From contig JACPIM010000006.1 in the NCBI GenBank assembly GCA_016188045.1, positions 26,137 through 90,136 of the forward strand: 64,000 nt of DNA. Reading direction: 5' to 3'. Positions 50,745-59,326 of the stretch are shown piece after piece. A program made the position numbers and the translations under genes. Below the pieces are notes generated by a model. It worked only from the letters and a program-made list of their open reading frames with translations. It was not told where the DNA came from and searched no databases. The stretch's first letter is position 1. Every line of letters begins with the position of its first letter. Source of the DNA: Candidatus Woesearchaeota archaeon (lineage in GTDB: Archaea > Nanobdellota > Nanobdellia > SCGC-AAA011-G17 > JACPIM01).

Positions 50745-51464
50745 ATGCAAAACAAGTTATATGAAATGTTGATTAATGAAGATGAAATTACTTGGCAGTC
50801 TATTATATATGATTTAATAAAAACAGAGCAGATGGATCCTTGGGATATTAATATCTCATTATTAGCTAAACGTTATTTAGAGACGATAAAGGAATTACAG
50901 GATCATAGTTTTTTCATTTCAGGAAAAGTAGTTTTGGCTGCATCACTCTTGCTAAGGATAAAATCTTATAAATTAGTAAACGAAAATATAGCAGAATTTG
51001 ATAATTTATTGTTCCAGAAAGAGCAAGATCTGTTATCAGAAGAAGAAAATCCCTTAGATTTCCTAGGAGAAGAAAAAATACCTACTTTATTAGTAAAAAC
51101 CCCACAAGCAAGAAAAAGAAAAGTAACTGTTAATGATTTAATAGAAGCATTGCAAAAAGCACTACAAGTAGACGAAAAAAGAAATATCAGAAGAAGAGAC
51201 GAAAGAGTTTTGAGAGAAATTAATCTTCCAAAATATAAAATAGATATTTCTGCTTTAATTAAAAACTTATACTTAAAAATAAAGGATTTTTTTCAAAACC
51301 ACCCTAAAGTAACATTTACACAATTATTACCTTCAGATAAAAAAGAAGATAAAATTTACACTTTTATACCTTTATTGCATTTAGCTTCTCAAAATAAAGT
51401 TAATCTAGAACAAGAAGCTCCATTTGGCGAAATCAATATTACAGAAGCAAAAGAAGAAGATTAA
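50745..51464 (+). CDS. scpA: segregation and condensation protein A (ScpA kleisin)
   Basis: LIKTEQMDPWDINISLLAKRYLETI matches the ScpA N-terminal signature. Confidence 0.55.
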   Translation: MQNKLYEMLINEDEITWQSIIYDLIKTEQMDPWDINISLLAKRYLETIKELQDHSFFISGKVVLAASLLLRIKSYKLVNENIAEFDNLLFQKEQDLLSEEENPLDFLGEEKIPTLLVKTPQARKRKVTVNDLIEALQKALQVDEKRNIRRRDERVLREINLPKYKIDISALIKNLYLKIKDFFQNHPKVTFTQLLPSDKKEDKIYTFIPLLHLASQNKVNLEQEAPFGEINITEAKEED

Positions 51465-51528
51465 TATTATTTCTAATAAGTAGTAACAAAATAGAAAGGT
51501 TTATAAAACAAAATCGCGCAATATAAGA

Positions 51529-52158
51529 ATGGCAAAAGAACAAGAATATGCTTTAAAAAGAATAGATGAATGGTATCTAGCTAATTTTAGAAGAAATATT
51601 ACTAGAGAAATCACAGACAAACTTAAAGTTAGGGTAAAATCACATTTAGACCAAGAAGAAGTGAGATCTCTAGAAGGATTATTTGGAGAAGATATCTTTG
51701 GAATGATTGACTTTGATTTTCTTTCAAAATTTTATGCTTCCAATCCTTTTTCAAAAGGTTATGCCATGTTAGCTGGTTCTATACAAGATTTTTCTTTAGC
51801 GCTTGATATGTTGCCGGAAGGAGTAAAAAGTAAATATATGCAACCAACTATAGATTCTCTTTTAGGAGTTAGAAGATTATTTGATGGAATAGTGGAGGGG
51901 GTAAGAAAAAAAGCAGATGAAATATTTCCAGATGAGTTAACTGATAGGGATGTAAGAAGAGCATTTATGGATTCTACGGGCGGGTTAGATAATTATTGTG
52001 GGGTCCCTATGATGTCTATAGAAGCGTTGCTTGTTTCTCTTAATCTTGCCGCAATAAGGGGAGCCATAAATCAAGAACAATATCAACAAATAGTTAAACT
52101 TTTTAATACAATAAAAGAAGAAATGCCGGAGTTCACAAGAATTTTATTTAAAGAATAA
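51529..52158 (+). CDS. hypothetical protein (shares a domain with 45882..46154)
   Basis: DRDVRRAFMDSTGGLDNYCGV aligns with DDRRAFLESVGGLNRYLFV. Confidence 0.35.
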   Translation: MAKEQEYALKRIDEWYLANFRRNITREITDKLKVRVKSHLDQEEVRSLEGLFGEDIFGMIDFDFLSKFYASNPFSKGYAMLAGSIQDFSLALDMLPEGVKSKYMQPTIDSLLGVRRLFDGIVEGVRKKADEIFPDELTDRDVRRAFMDSTGGLDNYCGVPMMSIEALLVSLNLAAIRGAINQEQYQQIVKLFNTIKEEMPEFTRILFKE

Positions 52159-52224
52159 AAACACACTTTGTTCATAGTTTTTAACATAACAACCTTTATA
52201 AATAATTAAATAATTTATTTCTAT

Positions 52225-52824
52225 ATGGATTTTTTCCAAAAAATAAAAGAAATATTAGTAAAACCATCAAAGTTTTTCTCCGAAATAGAAAAAGAAAAAT
52301 CAATAAAACCTTCAATAATTTATATCTCAATTTTGACTATATTCTATAGTGTTATGAGTATAATCTTGTTATTATTATTTAAAGATTATTTAACAACTTT
52401 CTTCCTAAATATGTTCAATCTACCAACAGAGCAACCGTTTAGTTTATCTAAACAACTAATTTTTATAATAATTGGAATCCCGGCCTCAATTTTGTTCAGT
52501 TTTATTTTGGCAGCCATTTTATATGTTTGGTTAATGATATTCGGATCTGATAAAGATTATAAAACAGCATATAAATTATTAACTTATTCAGAAACACCCA
52601 GCCTGTTATTTGGCTGGATACCAATAATTAACTGGTTTTCCTGGATTTATTCATTAATATTATTAATAATAGGAACACATAAAATCTATAAGTTCAGCAA
52701 ATTAAAATCGTCTTTAATATACATAATACCTCTAGGAATCTTATTAATCTTAATTTTAATATTATTCATAATGCTTTCCTTAATTTTAATTTCATTATCT
52801 GGCCAAGTACCGCAAAGTTTCTAA
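52225..52824 (+). CDS. Yip1-like multi-TM membrane protein
   Basis: Five TM helices. The N-terminus MDFFQKIKEILVKPSKFFSEI is typical of the Yip1/DUF1282 family. Confidence 0.45.
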   Translation: MDFFQKIKEILVKPSKFFSEIEKEKSIKPSIIYISILTIFYSVMSIILLLLFKDYLTTFFLNMFNLPTEQPFSLSKQLIFIIIGIPASILFSFILAAILYVWLMIFGSDKDYKTAYKLLTYSETPSLLFGWIPIINWFSWIYSLILLIIGTHKIYKFSKLKSSLIYIIPLGILLILILILFIMLSLILISLSGQVPQSF

Positions 52825-52887
52825 ATCCGATATATTTAAATTAAGAGGTTTATTAAGAATAATAAAGAATTATGATGGAGGTATAAG

Positions 52888-53169
52888 ATGACAACAAAGG
52901 TTTATATTGGAAATTTAGCATTTAGTGTTGATACTGAAGGCCTTAAGGCTTTATTCTCAAAGTTTGAGAGTATAACTGAAGTGACTGTTATTAATGATAA
53001 ATTTTCAGGCAGATCAAAAGGATTTGGTTTCATTACTTTTTCAGATGACGAAGAAGCAAAAAAAGCAATTTCTGAAATGAATGGGAAAGAAGTCGAAGGA
53101 AGAGCCTTAAAAGTTAATGAAGCTAGGCCTATGGAAGAAAGACCAAGAAGAAGTTTTAATAGATACTAA
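52888..53169 (+). CDS. RRM-type RNA-binding protein
   Basis: RNP-2 VYIGNL and RNP-1 KGFGFITF. Confidence 0.7.
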   Translation: MTTKVYIGNLAFSVDTEGLKALFSKFESITEVTVINDKFSGRSKGFGFITFSDDEEAKKAISEMNGKEVEGRALKVNEARPMEERPRRSFNRY

Positions 53170-53230
53170 AACTTAAGAAGAGATTGCTTATTTTTCTATT
53201 TTTTTAATTTTAGAAAATTGAGCTAACCGC

Positions 53231-54421
53231 TTAAATCCTCACTTTCTTTTCTTTTCCGGTTTTCATATCTCGTATAGTTACTTTTCCTTTATCTTTTTCT
53301 CCAACAATAACTAAATTTTTAGCTTTAACAGAATCAGCATATCCCATCTGTTTGCCTAAGTTTCTCCCTAAAATCTCAACTTCGACATTATAATCTTTCC
53401 TTAATTTATCAGCAATTTTAATTGCCTTTTTATTCATTTTTTCACTAACAGGAGCTATAAAGTAATCAATTTCTTTATTTAACTTAGGAATTTTTTTCTT
53501 TTTCTCTAAAAATAATTGTATTACAATATCACCCATCCCATATCCTACACCAGGAATACCAGCTAAATCATCATATCTTCCACCACCAGCAACAGCTCTG
53601 AATTCCATACTAGAATCAAAAACCTCAAACACAGTTCCGGTATAATAATCAAATCCCCTCATAATGCTTAAATCAAGTTTACAATAATCTAAAACACCAT
53701 AATCATTCAATAAAGTAAATAATTCTTTTAACTTGTCCAAACCAGGACTATTTATCTTAATCTTATTTAAATCTCTAATTTTTAATAATTTAAATAATTC
53801 GTCTACTTTCTTAGGCTCTACTCCCTTCTCTCTTAGTTCTTTTTTAATGTCCTCATCAGAATATTTGCAGATTTTATCCAAAATTCTGTAAATATCTTTT
53901 AAATTTTCTTTTTTAATTCCAATGTCCAACAATAGATCTTCCATTAATTTTCTATTGCTTATTCTAACAAAAAAATCTTTTTTACCAAGGCCAAGTTCTT
54001 TCATTATTTCAATGCTGGTAGCTATAACTTCAGCATCAGCCATTTGATTCTTGCTTCCCAAACAATCCAAATTAAACTGAAAAAATTCTCTGACTCTTCC
54101 TTTTTGTGGTCTTTCATATCTTAAGCATCTGGAAATAGAATACCATTTTATTGGCAATTTCAAATCTTTTTTATTTTTAATCATCCTGGCAACAGTTGGT
54201 GTTGTCTCAGGCCTTAAAGCTAATTTTCTTCCGCCTTTATCAGTAAAAGAATAAATTTGTTCTGGTATTTCTTCTCCAGACTTATTATAAAGCTCAATAG
54301 GTTCTAATATTGGTCCATCTATCTCAGAATAACCATATTTCTCAGCTATCTTTCTCCATTTACCAAATATCCAATTTTGAATCCTTTTATCTTCAGGATA
54401 AAAATCTCTAAAACCTTCCAT
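53231..54421 (-). CDS. hisS: histidyl-tRNA synthetase
   Basis: Class II aaRS motifs (RPETTPTVARM, RYERPQKGRVREFFQFNLD) and a HisRS anticodon-binding C-terminus. Confidence 0.85.
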   Translation of the reverse strand: MEGFRDFYPEDKRIQNWIFGKWRKIAEKYGYSEIDGPILEPIELYNKSGEEIPEQIYSFTDKGGRKLALRPETTPTVARMIKNKKDLKLPIKWYSISRCLRYERPQKGRVREFFQFNLDCLGSKNQMADAEVIATSIEIMKELGLGKKDFFVRISNRKLMEDLLLDIGIKKENLKDIYRILDKICKYSDEDIKKELREKGVEPKKVDELFKLLKIRDLNKIKINSPGLDKLKELFTLLNDYGVLDYCKLDLSIMRGFDYYTGTVFEVFDSSMEFRAVAGGGRYDDLAGIPGVGYGMGDIVIQLFLEKKKKIPKLNKEIDYFIAPVSEKMNKKAIKIADKLRKDYNVEVEILGRNLGKQMGYADSVKAKNLVIVGEKDKGKVTIRDMKTGKEKKVRI

Positions 54422-54440
54422 TTTTATACCTCTTTAAAAG

Positions 54441-54561
54441 GGTGGATGGCGGAATTTGAATCCGCGATCACAAGCTTTCTGCTTTTTTGGGATCTTAGCA
54501 CTTTTCTTAAAAGGGCTAAAGCCACAGGCTTGTATGTTAGCCAGGCTACACCACATCCACC
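54441..54561 (-). tRNA. tRNA-His (GUG) with genome-encoded G-1 and a 45-nt intron after position 37
   Basis: Hand-folded. G-1, acceptor GTGGATG/CATCCAC, D-arm GTGT-AGCCTGGCTA-ACAT. Anticodon stem CAAGC/GCTTG with loop CTGTGG|intron|A. T-arm GCGGA-TTCAAAT-TCCGC, discriminator C. Intron at 54477..54521. CCA is not encoded. Confidence 0.7.
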
Positions 54562-54741
54562 ATATAGTTTTAATAAGAATTCAGGATTTAAAAGAGTTTT
54601 CTTACTATCAAAATCTTCCCTAACAATGAATAAAATCAACTCTTTCCATGCTTGATTTAATAGAAATGCTTATTTAAAAACCTTTACATTTCAAATTTTA
54701 AGCAAAACTTATATATAATTAATTCATTATTTATAACACTA

Positions 54742-55197
54742 ATGGCAGTTTATACCACCAATAGTTTAACTGGAACAATTATTGGAAAGATAATTTTTAT
54801 AATAATAGGATTAATTTTCTTTATATCAGCAATAATAAATATACTTCGTGGCTATTCAAGCAAAAACTGGCCATCTGTTCAAGGAAAGATTATTCATTCA
54901 GATATTCAGATTCAGAGAGATATCAGGCATGGACCTAATTACAGCCCCACAATACTTTTTGAATATTTCATCAACGGAACAAAGTATTTTTCTAATAGGA
55001 TTTCATTCGGTGGAACCAGCACAGGCCTAATAGGCATTCAAAGAATCTTAATTAAATACCCGGTAGGTTCAGATGTCCTTGTTTATTATAATCCACAAAA
55101 ACCACAAATTTCTATTCTAGAACCAGGGATTACTTTTAGCATAATTATTTTTCTTTTAGTAGGGATTATATTCACAATAGTCGGCTTTTTTATTTAA
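54742..55197 (+). CDS. DUF3592-like membrane protein
   Basis: N- and C-terminal TM helices with a central beta-rich region (SVQGKIIHSDIQ). Confidence 0.4.
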   Translation: MAVYTTNSLTGTIIGKIIFIIIGLIFFISAIINILRGYSSKNWPSVQGKIIHSDIQIQRDIRHGPNYSPTILFEYFINGTKYFSNRISFGGTSTGLIGIQRILIKYPVGSDVLVYYNPQKPQISILEPGITFSIIIFLLVGIIFTIVGFFI

Positions 55198-55216
55198 TAT
55201 TTATCTTTTCTTCTTT

Positions 55217-55663
55217 TTAGTTTTTTTTAATAGTTATTTTTTCCTTAGTAAGCTCTTCAATGTTTTTAACAAACAGTATTGTTCTTTCAAAAAAACTTCT
55301 TAATTTTTCAAAATTAACATCCATCACATCAGTAATTAAAGCAACATTCTTTCTGTATTCATCTTTTCTCCTAAAAGGAGCAGCATCTAGTTCTTTCAAT
55401 AAAAGATAAAATTTCATGTCTGATTTAAATTCTGGTTTTCTCTCTTCTAGTTGCTTTACCCTTACTCGAGGAACATCAGATATTTCTTTAATCTTTAAAT
55501 ATTTTAAAGCATTTAAGATGGCAAAATCATAAGCGCTGATTAATCTTTTTATGGTATTCTTGATTACATCAACAGTTCTTGTATACTTCAAAGTAACATA
55601 AATTAGATGATCCGCCCTTTTCAATTCTTGTTCCGCACTTTCCTCTAACTCGTCAAATTCCAT
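55217..55663 (-). CDS. hypothetical alpha-helical protein, paralog of 55653..56129
   Basis: DHLIYVTLKYTRTVDVIKNTIKRLISAYDFAILNAL aligns with DHMVYVTYPLVNDPKLMFGIVDKLFNTLIDVITAVL. Confidence 0.35.
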   Translation of the reverse strand: MEFDELEESAEQELKRADHLIYVTLKYTRTVDVIKNTIKRLISAYDFAILNALKYLKIKEISDVPRVRVKQLEERKPEFKSDMKFYLLLKELDAAPFRRKDEYRKNVALITDVMDVNFEKLRSFFERTILFVKNIEELTKEKITIKKN

Positions 55664-56129
55664 TTTTTATTAATAACATATTAGCATTATTCATAAACTC
55701 TTTAGATTTATTTACATATTCCTTGACTTTCTTGTAATTTAGTGATTTAGTATTAAAACCAGAACTGCATATTACTAAATTGTCTCTTCTTACAAATTCC
55801 ATCGGGCTTCTTTTCCTAAACTCCTTAAATTTATTTAATTCTTCCAATAATAAAAATATATTTCCATTAAAATTATATCTTTTACCTATCACTTTTTTAA
55901 ATAATTCTAATTTTTCATTTAAACTTTCAGGAACATGACTTATCCTCTTATACAAATAGTCATAGTTTAATACCGCAGTTATTACATCAATTAAGGTATT
56001 GAACAATTTATCAACAATACCAAACATAAGTTTCGGGTCATTAACCAAAGGATAAGTAACATAAACCATATGATCAACCGTTTTAAAGTCATTTAAAGCT
56101 TTTTTCATCAAGGTCTCATACATTTCCAT
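55653..56129 (-). CDS. hypothetical alpha-helical protein, paralog of 55217..55663
   Basis: See above. The two genes overlap by 11 nt. Confidence 0.35.
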   Translation of the reverse strand: MEMYETLMKKALNDFKTVDHMVYVTYPLVNDPKLMFGIVDKLFNTLIDVITAVLNYDYLYKRISHVPESLNEKLELFKKVIGKRYNFNGNIFLLLEELNKFKEFRKRSPMEFVRRDNLVICSSGFNTKSLNYKKVKEYVNKSKEFMNNANMLLIKNGI

Positions 56130-56155
56130 ATAATATATATACTAGATAAAATATA

Positions 56156-56485
56156 TTAATCTTTCTTAAGTTTCAATATCGCTTTAGCAAGATCTCCTTC
56201 TTTTTTTAAGGTAGATTTAGCCTCTTCTTCACTGCATCCTGTTTGTTCCATCACTGTTTTAATATCGTCTTCATTAAATAATTCTATATCTTCTTCTTCA
56301 TAATCACCAATTATTTGAAATGTTTCCTGACCCATAGCATTTATTTTACTAACTTCAGGATTAATAAATCTTAATTGTTTATCTTTACCTTTGATTATTA
56401 CCTCTTCAGCTTCTATTTCTTCTTGTTTCATCCCAAGCTTTTTCATTGCTTGTTTCATCATTTTAGGATTAATTCCGGGTAACAT
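56156..56485 (-). CDS. nac: nascent polypeptide-associated complex protein (NAC alpha, with UBA-like C-terminus)
   Basis: MMKQAMKKLGMKQEEI...VIIKGKDKQLRF NAC domain. The C-terminal EEEAKSTLKKEGDLAKAIL is UBA-like. Confidence 0.75.
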   Translation of the reverse strand: MLPGINPKMMKQAMKKLGMKQEEIEAEEVIIKGKDKQLRFINPEVSKINAMGQETFQIIGDYEEEDIELFNEDDIKTVMEQTGCSEEEAKSTLKKEGDLAKAILKLKKD

Positions 56486-56522
56486 ATATATAAAGAAATA
56501 AGAACTACTATAAAAACCTTAT

Positions 56523-56690
56523 TCTAAAGTCCAAATATGTTAAATCTTTTTAATAACAACTCTAAAACTATAACTATAACTATTATAATCACTATGGTCA
56601 TAGGGCCAAATTCAAGTTTGCTTTTATAATCCTCAAAATATCTTACTAATCCACCGCCAGATTGCGGTAATTGAATTTTATTATCTGCCA
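56523..56690 (-). CDS. secG: preprotein translocase Sec61 beta (55 aa; missed by the >=60-aa ORF filter)
   Basis: Hand translation gives MADNKIQLPQSGGGLVRYFEDYKSKLEFGPMTIVIIIVIVIVLELLLKRFNIFGL, with the GGLVRYF motif and a single C-terminal TM helix. Confidence 0.55.
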
Positions 56691-56699
56691 TTTTATTTT

Positions 56700-57160
56700 T
56701 TTCTTATTTCATCATTTTTAAGTCTTTCTCTAATCATGGTAGGGTATCTACTTATTATATAATGCTTCAAGCAATGATTGTGCAGCACTAGATACAACTC
56801 CCTATCCTCAAATAAAGGAACAAAAGGAAGAAAAAATGAAAGTTTACCACCACAGTAGAGGTTCCAAGAGCACGAACTTTTAAATCTAAACTGCCATATT
56901 CTGTCCATGCCATAAAAAAGATTCCTTTTTCTTCCATATAACCATTAACGCACCTTTAGCATATAAAAGGTTTGCCATAATTATTAAAAATAGAGGTAGG
57001 TAGGTTATAAGCCACCTTCTGTTGAATCTAACGATTTTCATCATTAATGATTCATTTCAACATCCGACTAAGCGACCTTACCTTTTTTCTAAAGGGGTGT
57101 CTTGCACAAGTTGGGGCTCGCCGTTTCATCCATTTCTACTGAAACATCAGTTTTTTCAAC
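56700..57160 (-). ncRNA. candidate structured non-coding RNA downstream of promoter-like element C
   Basis: GC-richer non-coding block. The only ORF (56693..56908) has an implausible W/C/F-rich composition. Stem-loops such as GTTTC-N13-GAAAC. Fragments faintly resemble RNase P CR-IV/V (GGTAAGGTCGC, ACAGAATATGGCAGTTTAG) but no convincing CR-I was found. Confidence 0.2.
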
Positions 57161-57166
57161 ATCATT

Positions 57167-57205
57167 TTCCGCGAACGCTTTTTTTAAAAGGGTTCTTTAG
57201 CAGTA
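57167..57205 (-). promoter_or_regulatory. conserved promoter-like element copy C (minus-strand TTTTAAAAAAAGCGTTCGCGGAAAATG)
   Basis: TATA-like TTTTAAAAAAA followed by GCGTTCGCGG, as in copies A and B. Confidence 0.4.
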
Positions 57206-57282
57206 GCTGGTCTCGTTTCTGTGCGGTTGCCTTCCATTTCTGAAATCTGATTTGCATCAGACAACTCACTCCAGTAAAGGAG

Positions 57283-57336
57283 TTGATAAGAACTTTTGGT
57301 CAACCAACATAGGAGTTGATAAGAACCTTGGTTCTT
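57283..57336. repeat. two direct GGAGTTGATAAGAAC repeats, the second forming the hairpin ATAAGAACC-tt-GGTTCTTAT
   Basis: GAGTTGATAAGAAC occurs at 57290 and 57322. The perfect 9-bp inverted repeat sits around 57325..57344. Confidence 0.45.
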
Positions 57337-57552
57337 ATTGTGGATGGACTTTCCTCATTTCTTGACTGTTTAAAGTCGAAAAAACGATAGTTGAACACCT
57401 ACCTACTAAAATAATCTATATACTGTAGAATATAAATGTTTTGATTTTAGTGATTAACGTTGAAATAATTGATTTAGGCCTAGTTATGAAACTTTATTTA
57501 CATAGTAAAATCCAGAAAGCCTTATATATAATTTCGCCTTAATAATAACAAA

Positions 57553-58113
57553 ATGGATAGGAGAGTCAGTGAACTATCAATATTAGAGAAATTTGTAAAT
57601 AATTTTGTTTCTATAGTTGAAAAACATTGCAAATATGTGGTTGTTTCTGGTTTTGTTGCAATTGCTCATGGAAGAACAAGAGGAACAGAGGATATTGATA
57701 TAATAATAGAAAGATTAGATGAACTTAAATTTTATAAATTGCATAATGATTTATTGAAGAAAGGATTTGTTTGTGTTCAGGCAGATGATGCAAAAACAGT
57801 TTGTGATTATCTAAAAGATAATTTAAGTGTTAGGTATATTAAAAAAGGCACTTTTGTTCCAGAGATGGAAGTTAAATTTACAAAAGATTCATTAGATGAA
57901 TATCAAATACAGACAAGAAAAAAATTACCTCTTAGTGGCCTGGATATTTATTTTTCTACAATAGAAATGAACATAGCATCTAAAGAGGAATTATTAAAAT
58001 CTGAAAAAGACATGGAAGATGCAAAACATTTAAGAGAAGTTTACTCTGATGAAATAGATGAAAATGAGATTAATAAGATAAAAAAAGAAATTAAAAGATT
58101 AAGATTAAAATGA
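57553..58113 (+). CDS. Pol-beta-superfamily nucleotidyltransferase-like protein
   Basis: VVSGFVAIAHGRTRGTEDIDIII is NTase-like (G[SG]x9-13DxD). First gene of a five-gene overlapping operon. Confidence 0.4.
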   Translation: MDRRVSELSILEKFVNNFVSIVEKHCKYVVVSGFVAIAHGRTRGTEDIDIIIERLDELKFYKLHNDLLKKGFVCVQADDAKTVCDYLKDNLSVRYIKKGTFVPEMEVKFTKDSLDEYQIQTRKKLPLSGLDIYFSTIEMNIASKEELLKSEKDMEDAKHLREVYSDEIDENEINKIKKEIKRLRLK

Positions 58114-58307
58114 GAGATAAAACACATTCAGAACAGATTGTAAGATGGGCAAGATTTGTAAAAAACAATGATATTTCTACTTGGAAACCAATGGTTAAAG
58201 CTTTAACAGATTCACAAATAATTATGGCAAATAGATTTTATTCAAATTTGATAAAAACTGAAAAAGGAAAATTAAAAGCTGAAAAATTGTTAAAAAGGAA
58301 GCTATGA
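58110..58307 (+). CDS. small basic hypothetical protein
   Basis: 65 aa. Overlaps both neighbours (ATGA-type overlaps). Confidence 0.3.
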   Translation: MRDKTHSEQIVRWARFVKNNDISTWKPMVKALTDSQIIMANRFYSNLIKTEKGKLKAEKLLKRKL

Positions 58308-58308
58308 A

Positions 58309-58974
58309 ATGACCCTCAAACTATCACCTTCAAGTATAAACCTAATGCTAGAATGCCCTAGATGCTTCTGGCTTCAAATAGTCAAGAAAATAAAACGCCC
58401 TGAATCTATTTTTCCTTCTCTCCCTTCTGGCATGGATAAGATATTAAAAGAGCATTTTGATAGATTTATGGAAAAAAACGAATTACCTCCCGAAATAAAA
58501 GAGCATGTTAAAGATTGTAAATTATTCAATGATAAGGAAAAACTTAAAATTTGGAGAAATAACTTAAAAGGCATAGAGTATAAAGATGAGGAAAATGATA
58601 TTCTTTTGCATGGTGCAGTTGACAATTTACTAGTAAAAGGCAAAAAATTAATAGTTTTAGACTATAAAACTAGAGGTTTTCCATTAAAAGAAGATACTCA
58701 TGAGCATTATCAGGTTCAGCTTGATTTGTATAATTTTTTATTAAGGAAGAATAATTATGAAACAGAAGATTATAGTTATTTATTGTTTTATTATCCTAAT
58801 AAAGTATTAGAGACCGGAGAAGTTATATTTGATACTAGATTGATTAAGATGAAGACTAGTAGTTTAGATGGAGAAAAGATATTTAAGGAAGCTGTTAGAG
58901 TTATTAAGAATAATATGCCTGAAGCTGGAAAAGAGTGTGGGTTTTGTAGGCGAATAAATGAAAATGGACCATAG
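58309..58974 (+). CDS. Cas4/RecB-like PD-(D/E)xK nuclease with putative Fe-S cysteines
   Basis: N-terminal CPRCFW, core GAVDNLLVKGKKLIVLDYKT (D..D-Y-K), QVQLDLY (QxxxY), C-terminal CGFCRR. This four-Cys arrangement is like Cas4/AddB nucleases. No CRISPR array is nearby. Confidence 0.55.
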   Translation: MTLKLSPSSINLMLECPRCFWLQIVKKIKRPESIFPSLPSGMDKILKEHFDRFMEKNELPPEIKEHVKDCKLFNDKEKLKIWRNNLKGIEYKDEENDILLHGAVDNLLVKGKKLIVLDYKTRGFPLKEDTHEHYQVQLDLYNFLLRKNNYETEDYSYLLFYYPNKVLETGEVIFDTRLIKMKTSSLDGEKIFKEAVRVIKNNMPEAGKECGFCRRINENGP

Positions 58975-59326
58975 TACAAAGATTCAAGAATTAAAAGAAA
59001 AAATAAAACAATTTTGCGAGGATAGAGATTGGGATCAGTATCATGGAGCAAAAGAACTTTCAATAGGGGTAATTACGGAGGCTTCTGAATTATTAGAACA
59101 TTTTAGATTTAAATCAGAAAAAGAAATTGAAGAGTTTTTTAAAGATAATAACAAAAAGGAGAAAATTTCTGAAGAAGTAGCTGACGTATTATATTTCATT
59201 TTAAGATTTGCTCAAAGATATGATATTGATCTAGCAACCGTATTAAATAAAAAAATGGAAAAAAATGAACAAAAATATCCTTTAGAAAAATCAAAAGGGA
59301 GTAATAAAAAATATACAGAACTATGA
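58958..59326 (+). CDS. MazG-like nucleotide pyrophosphohydrolase (small all-alpha NTP-PPase)
   Basis: ITEASELLEHF and EEVADVLYFILRFAQRYDIDL match the MazG EExxE/D motifs. Confidence 0.6.
   Translation: MKMDHSTKIQELKEKIKQFCEDRDWDQYHGAKELSIGVITEASELLEHFRFKSEKEIEEFFKDNNKKEKISEEVADVLYFILRFAQRYDIDLATVLNKKMEKNEQKYPLEKSKGSNKKYTEL

Noticed and set aside
56693-56908. 71-aa ORF MDRIWQFRFKSSCSWNLYCGG...
   Set aside because: The composition (W/C/F-rich, AT-poor codons) is unlike any other protein here, and it lies in the GC-richer block interpreted as a candidate ncRNA.
56700-57160. Specific identification of the non-coding block as RNase P RNA or SRP RNA
   Set aside because: No GGAAAGUCC-type CR-I and no SRP helix-8 GGAAG/AGCAGC core could be found by eye. 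Only weak fragment resemblance was seen, so it is left as an unclassified candidate.
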